Positions 58,099-64,000 of a stretch of DNA of 64,000 nucleotides are shown here, in pieces. The stretch covers positions 2,542,001-2,606,000 of the forward strand of contig JBLDXI010000002.1 of the NCBI GenBank assembly GCA_047495785.1, given 5' to 3'. Each line of letters opens with the position of its first letter. Within the stretch, counting starts at the first letter, position 1. The notes below the pieces were generated by a model. It saw only the letters and a program-made list of their open reading frames with translations, did not search any database and was not told the DNA's origin. The position numbers and the translations under genes are program-made. Origin of the DNA: Lepidodermella squamata. Its lineage: Eukaryota; Animalia; Gastrotricha.

Positions 58099-60860
58099 TC
58101 AACGATTCAATCCAGTTAATAGCCGTCTTCCGATTTTCCACCGGCAATAGGATCACTCGTTATAGTAAAAAATGGCTAAAAAAGATGAATCGATTATAGA
58201 CAGTTCGTTCTCAATAATAAGTGAGGCTGATCCCTTGTGAGTATGAAATCAGTTCGAGTCATCTATACGATGACGATAGCTAAATTTATTTACGCTCTGA
58301 ATAATACGAAGGCCCGGGTTTGTTTTGCGACGAAATTTGATCGATAATTTATTACTTCTGATTGAATTATCGGATCAGCAGTTGCCTCTTTTGTTTTGCT
58401 AAATTAATGCGCTACGGCATGAAAAAACGAAATCTAAATTGAGAGGCAGGCGGACATAGAGGCGGACATAGGACATAGGATAACTTCTATATGGATACTT
58501 TTATATAAACTTCAATATAGATATATGTATATATAACAGTAATTCCTAAGGATACATTTTCCGCATTGAAAATATTTCCAAGTGTAAGACGTAACAAGAT
58601 TGTAGAGAAACATCTAGCCAAAATCGAATTTACGCGCTGATGGAGAAACTTCAATGAGATGGTGTCGCTCATTTGATCTATTCAGATCAATGACGTGGAC
58701 AAGTCGAGGTTAAACAAAAAAATAGCTGCTGTTTCTTCGTAGCCATGAGCTGAAGAATCACGGAAAACTCTCGTTAATTGTAATATTGAGAAATCGAGAT
58801 GATCACGGCTTTGCGTCGCATATCTGGGTATAAGGATTAGAAGCATGAAGCATACATATAATCGTTGAAATGGAGGAATGCAATGCTTATGCGTCCTTTG
58901 CGATTTCCTATTCCGGAAGCTTTTACGATCAAGCAGAATATGAGCCAAAGTATTATTTGTTGAATCAATTTAGCCGTTGAAATGATTATTTAAAAAAGGT
59001 CATTCGATTTTGTTCAGGCTGGCATTCAGTCTGGCAGCGAAAATCCCATACGTACTCTTTTACGTATACTTTTCACGCTTAATAGGCTCAAAATTACGTT
59101 CGTGTTGAATAGATACATGCGCTTTCAATTGAGTTTGTTAGAAAAAAACGAAAGCAATTTACCGAGCGCAAAAAAATCAGAACTACTTAGTCCCGGAGGG
59201 CTACTCAAAAGCGGTGATAAATGTCACAAAAACAAACTCAATGAGAAGACCTATACCTAATATAAAAAGCGTTTCCAATCCCTCGTCGCTCTAGTCTGAG
59301 AGGGATCGATAGGTGATAACACTAAAAGATCTTCTTGGTAAGACTTGGGAACATTACCGACAAGCTTTCGGACAAATCTATTTTCATCTTTAAAGTCCCT
59401 TTCATTCAAGATTAGAGTGTTAAAACGAGCAAATTATTAGAGTTGACACGATTGTCTCGCGCAGATGGATGAAAATTAAGGGGCATGTAGACCTAATAAG
59501 CCACAATTTAGAGGCTGATATCTAGAACGAATCTACTTTCAGCGTGATATTCGACAAGTATATGCTTTAATGTGCTAATGGACATTTACCTGTGAGATAG
59601 ATATATGCCAAGGCGATCTTTCGATGAACAATGCCACATGGGCTAGAAGTGAAATATTTAGCAGCGAAGTTGTTTACCATGACGCCTGGAGCACTCGCGA
59701 TCTAATAACTGAAGCTTGTTTTTTGTGCCGCACTGTTTAGCAAAAGCCTGAATTATAACGAAAATAATAAATAAGTCTCAATGTATATATCTCGCGAGTA
59801 TATGGTACTATGTACTCAGTCCTTTACTTTTATGGTACATTTTGCGATGAAAACGACAACGAATAAGACATGCAAGAATATCATATTAGATTTTGCCCCG
59901 TTAGTCAAAGAACGTATGCAGAGGATGGGTCGGAATTTTTTTATTTCAAGATACAAGTAGCCCAGGTAATTGATTAATTGCTTTATTGTTTCTTAATATT
60001 TCAAGCAGCCTTCGCCTAAAATTTCTTTTCAAAGCAATTGAGTTGTCCTCTGCTGTAATTTTCCAGAGCAGGAAAGCCAATAATTTATTTTTAATTATAT
60101 CTGTTAGCAACATTTTACGCATATCGAGGAGCGCTGCTGAAAAAATGAACCAAAGAAGAAAGGCCATTTTAATATGAAATCGAAAAAAACCGGGATGAGT
60201 TTAATGGGGCCGTTGATATACAGAATCTTACGAAAACTGAAATTTGTGGTATTATTTCGCTGTAGAGTTGAATAGGGTGCGCATCGTCGCGCAATTTTGC
60301 AGCGGGGTACTTTTACCGACGACCGGTTATAGCGGCATCGATAATCGATGTTCGAATGATACAATGGTACAAAAGAATACTTGATCAGTTGTAACTTTCA
60401 GTTCATTTAGTAAAACAAATTGTTTCGCAAATTAATGGGGCAATATAACCGATGTTGTTTCTAAGAATAGCGGCGACTAGTGGGATGTATAGCGGAAATT
60501 AAATTAGGATCGGAAAAAAGAGGCTGATGAGTGTGAGACGGCTGCGGAAATGGTTTACCCCCAGATCAATTACGGCGATCATGAGAACGTTATGCGAGGT
60601 AAAACCCATGTAAACCTTACCAGTTTCATCCCAATTCAATCAATTTGAGAGGGAAAATAATCACGACACTCTTTCGTCTCGAAAAATGTGGCCTGTTTAA
60701 TAACAGACACCTCATAAACGTTGTAATATTTTAATACCTGTCTTCCGGCAATTCTACTCATTTATTGCTTTCGTCGGGAAGCTTCCCACTTTTACACAAA
60801 AATCAGTGTACGAAAAATTAAAAAATATTAAAAATAGCGCTTGATCAAAAATGAAGGCGT

Positions 60861-63042
60861 TCACTCGGGCAACGTCCGCATTTTAGGTGATTCTTTGGGC
60901 AGCGTAAGGCCGTAAACTGATACAGATTTTACGCCGCAAATTTTCGCTTGACGTGAACGCTCGGGGACGTCGAGATAACGCAGGGAACACGCTGTAGCCG
61001 AGCGACTTCTGACCATTGATGGGTGCAATCCGTTTTTCTTGTTAAGATCAGGGCTCACTCCGGTCAATGGTCTCAGCGAGTCATGTTGCCCGATACTCGA
61101 AGAAGATCTCAGAGATGAATGCCTCGCCGCGATGTCAAGCAAATAGGTACGGCAACACGGCGAGAAACTGGCCAGGGTAATGCAAATGTGTTTTTTAACG
61201 CTCGGCAGCCGAGCGGAATAAATTATCGGATCGAACAAGGGATAGCTGAGCAAAAGCGAGTTCAACACTAGAAAAAAATTGACGTAATTATATAATTATG
61301 CGTATTTTTTCAAATTACCATTGTGAACGATTAAAACAGTTCGGGATGTGCCGAGAAATGCTATGTGTTCCACATTTTTCGAGACGATTGCCATTGAAAA
61401 TTCCCAAGTCATGAAAGGCAGATAGCACACGGCAAACGCGCCGAGTAGAAAACACGTTGTCACGACAAGCTTCGATGTCTTCCTCTTCGGCCCAGTTGAT
61501 GCCGAAAAAATCTTTAAATTATAAATAAAATTTATTTAAGGGTTAAAAAATAATAAAATCATTCAATTTTTTCCTAAATTTGTAAAATTTAATTTAATTT
61601 ATCGTTTCAAAAAGGATTTATCAAAGTCAAAAATTCCCAAACGATTCCCTAACAAATTTATGGCCCTGGAAACTGATTGTCCTCAACCGCAGGGAATTCA
61701 CTTATAGGACATGAAAAATCAGTATAAAATTGTATAAAATAAAAATAGAACATACGCTGACGAAAATTTTGCGGTAACAAATAGCGAGAAAGACAAAGCA
61801 GGTGAGCGTAAGAGCGATGACGCAGTACTCGAGGAGGCTTGAATTTTTGTAGTGCGTGCACCACGTGACCTGATGCGGCGACCCGGCCGGCGCCCGGTTG
61901 TCCACGTTGCAGAGTGCGTCGTTCAACTCCGTAAAATTACTCATCAATTCCTCGTCGATTGTGAACAACGGCTCGCCGGGCAGAGTCGTTCCGGCACTCC
62001 GCCTTAAAAAAACGCGCTTTTTTATTTCACTCATTAATTTGTCCAGAAATTACCGTGTTCTTTCTGGCGATGAATCATCATCAATCGGCATCATGCCTGA
62101 GCCCAAGTCCGGAAACGGAGGTACGGCAAACGCCTGGTTCGTTGCATTTTCACGCGACGGGTTCCAATCGTCGGAAATCGACATGAGCAAGTCGTCCTTC
62201 AAGTTGTTGAACATGGCCGATAGCGGCGAGTCAGCGCAACTCCGCGTGACAGCTACTGGCGATCGGTTGTAGCCGAGCGCGAACATTGTCGCTGAAACCG
62301 GAACGTCGAGAAAACCTACAGCATTACGAGAGAAAATCAATTTCCTGTTTCATCGTGCTCATTGAAGCGTGTATTTCAGGGTTTTTTGACATTTTGCGAT
62401 GGACAAAAAGAGGGACAGCCTTAATAAATTAGCGCTCACCTAAAATGAAGGAGATCATCCAAATGCTGACGACGGCTAGTTTAGCGAATCGTTTCTTTGA
62501 AAGCTGTTAAATAGCAATCGATTAAAGATTGCAGAACGCAATATTGATTTCAACTCACATATTGATATTTGAGAGGGTAAATCTGAAAAATTTAAAGGAA
62601 AATAATTAATTAAGATTAGCCTCGAAAATAAAGCCATTATATAGGGACAATCATAAAATAACCAGGAAAACCGGACCAAACATACCAAGCCAATAACGTG
62701 ATCGACAGACATTCCGCAAAGATTGAGGAGGTTCGCGAAAAAGCCGACAAGCTGTAAACTGCGCAAAATCTGGGTGACACAAACGCCCACAGCCTCGTCA
62801 TTCGCGAAAACCGGTGAAATCTGAAGGACGAATTGCAGAAGATTGATGCCGCAAATGTAAAGATCCGAAATTGTGAGTGATATCAAAAATCGCCGGTAGC
62901 CTTTCAGGATGAAGTTCGATTTCATGATACCATCGAGCACAACCAGGTTACTAGCGACTGCCAGTAAGGAAATGACGTAATCGAAGAGAACAAAGACACC
63001 CTTCGGGCCTTCGAAGACTTTGTCCAAAACGCTACTCTCCAT
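60861..63042 (-). CDS. Class A GPCR, paralog 3, multi-exon
   Basis: SNLVVL, SLTISDL, NLCGMSVDHV, CYRKIF, FAVCYLP, YPLFDPIIYSAR. Confidence 0.87.
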
Positions 63043-64000
63043 GTTCCGAAGTAGCAAGCGAAATTTGAGAGATTAACCCATGATTCAAAAATAGCTGATC
63101 TAAGAAAATTATAAAGCTAAATATAGCGATGAGTTTGAAGATGAGACGGCTAATTTTAGCGTGGGGAGGAAGCAAAGGTTCAACCCGTCGGCATATCAAA
63201 TTCGATTATAGCGGAATCCCATACGAAAATATGCAAAGGTGTTTGTGAGAAATGAATGAAAAAAGAAAATATTCTCTATGCAATTAATGTCAACTCCGCA
63301 TCTTCTGCGACTTGCGACCTTGTAATTGCCACAGCCCGTAGCCGTTAAGTCTATGGATTTATTTGAACGAAATAATGTGGTGATTTCCACTCTTGTCAAA
63401 AGCTAAAAGGTAAATGTGCTATAGTGCGCGATGGAAAAAAATGCTCTTTTGCGGAAGAGAGTGCGCGATTAATCGAAAATATTATTCCCTTACACATTAT
63501 TTTGTGTGTTTTTTAATGCATGGTATACTGCTGCGCTTATATAAACGGCTTTTCTACGAGCTGAATATGATTTGCATTGAAAATCAATTTACGCTCTATT
63601 TGCAAAGCACAAGGAACACGACTTTTCTCGAAAAAATATGTTGTTCTCGGAAGGAAAACAAACACCTGTTTCTTCGATAATTGAAAGACAAAAGAAATTT
63701 TGTAAATTCGCTAGTTCAAAGTTCAAAGTTTTAATTCAGTTACTTTTTAGGGAACGTCTGAAATATCAGCACGGATTATTTCGGGGACATGCTGTCTATC
63801 AGAAAACGTATATCTTTCCATTGCCGTAGGGTTATTTGTTTTGATGATCGAATCAGATGAAAAAATTAACGAGACTGCTGGCTTTATTTTTCATTCACCG
63901 TATATTATATGATTTTCATTCTGATATATAATCGTCATGGGAAAGGCGATTATCGCGATATTATGGCACTAATTATTTGAGCACAAGAATTTAGATTTCA

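Noticed and set aside
58200-60800. Short ORFs in the long gap between class A paralogs 2 and 3
   Set aside because: They are AT-rich, with no recognisable domains or consistent exon chain. Probably regulatory or UTR sequence.

Overview
This is eukaryotic (invertebrate animal) genomic DNA from a compact genome. Introns are mostly ~48-60 nt, intergenic gaps are often 100-400 nt, and there is a TTAGGG-type interstitial repeat. Gene order: O-GlcNAc transferase (OGT); three tandem RING + coiled-coil + NHL-like beta-propeller genes; six divergent GABA-B-like class C GPCRs, interleaved with a transposon graveyard (Harbinger, LINE, RTE, MITEs), a PI-PLC X-domain gene and a non-alpha Cys-loop channel; a LAPTM-like 4-TM gene; a Patched-related gene; a nuclear receptor that has two DNA-binding domains once its small 5' exons are spliced; a signal-peptide-bearing ankyrin-repeat gene; and three tandem class A GPCRs with a large domain inserted in ECL2. 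The most notable points are: (i) two expanded, structurally atypical GPCR families plus a divergent ligand-gated channel that may form a chemosensory neighbourhood; (ii) a hidden, divergent 2DBD nuclear receptor; (iii) OGT's only long intron lies at the position of the human regulatory detained intron 4 and contains decoy-like splice sites; (iv) a secreted consensus-type ankyrin protein. Exon boundaries were read by eye from GT..AG sites and frame continuity. No database searches were run.
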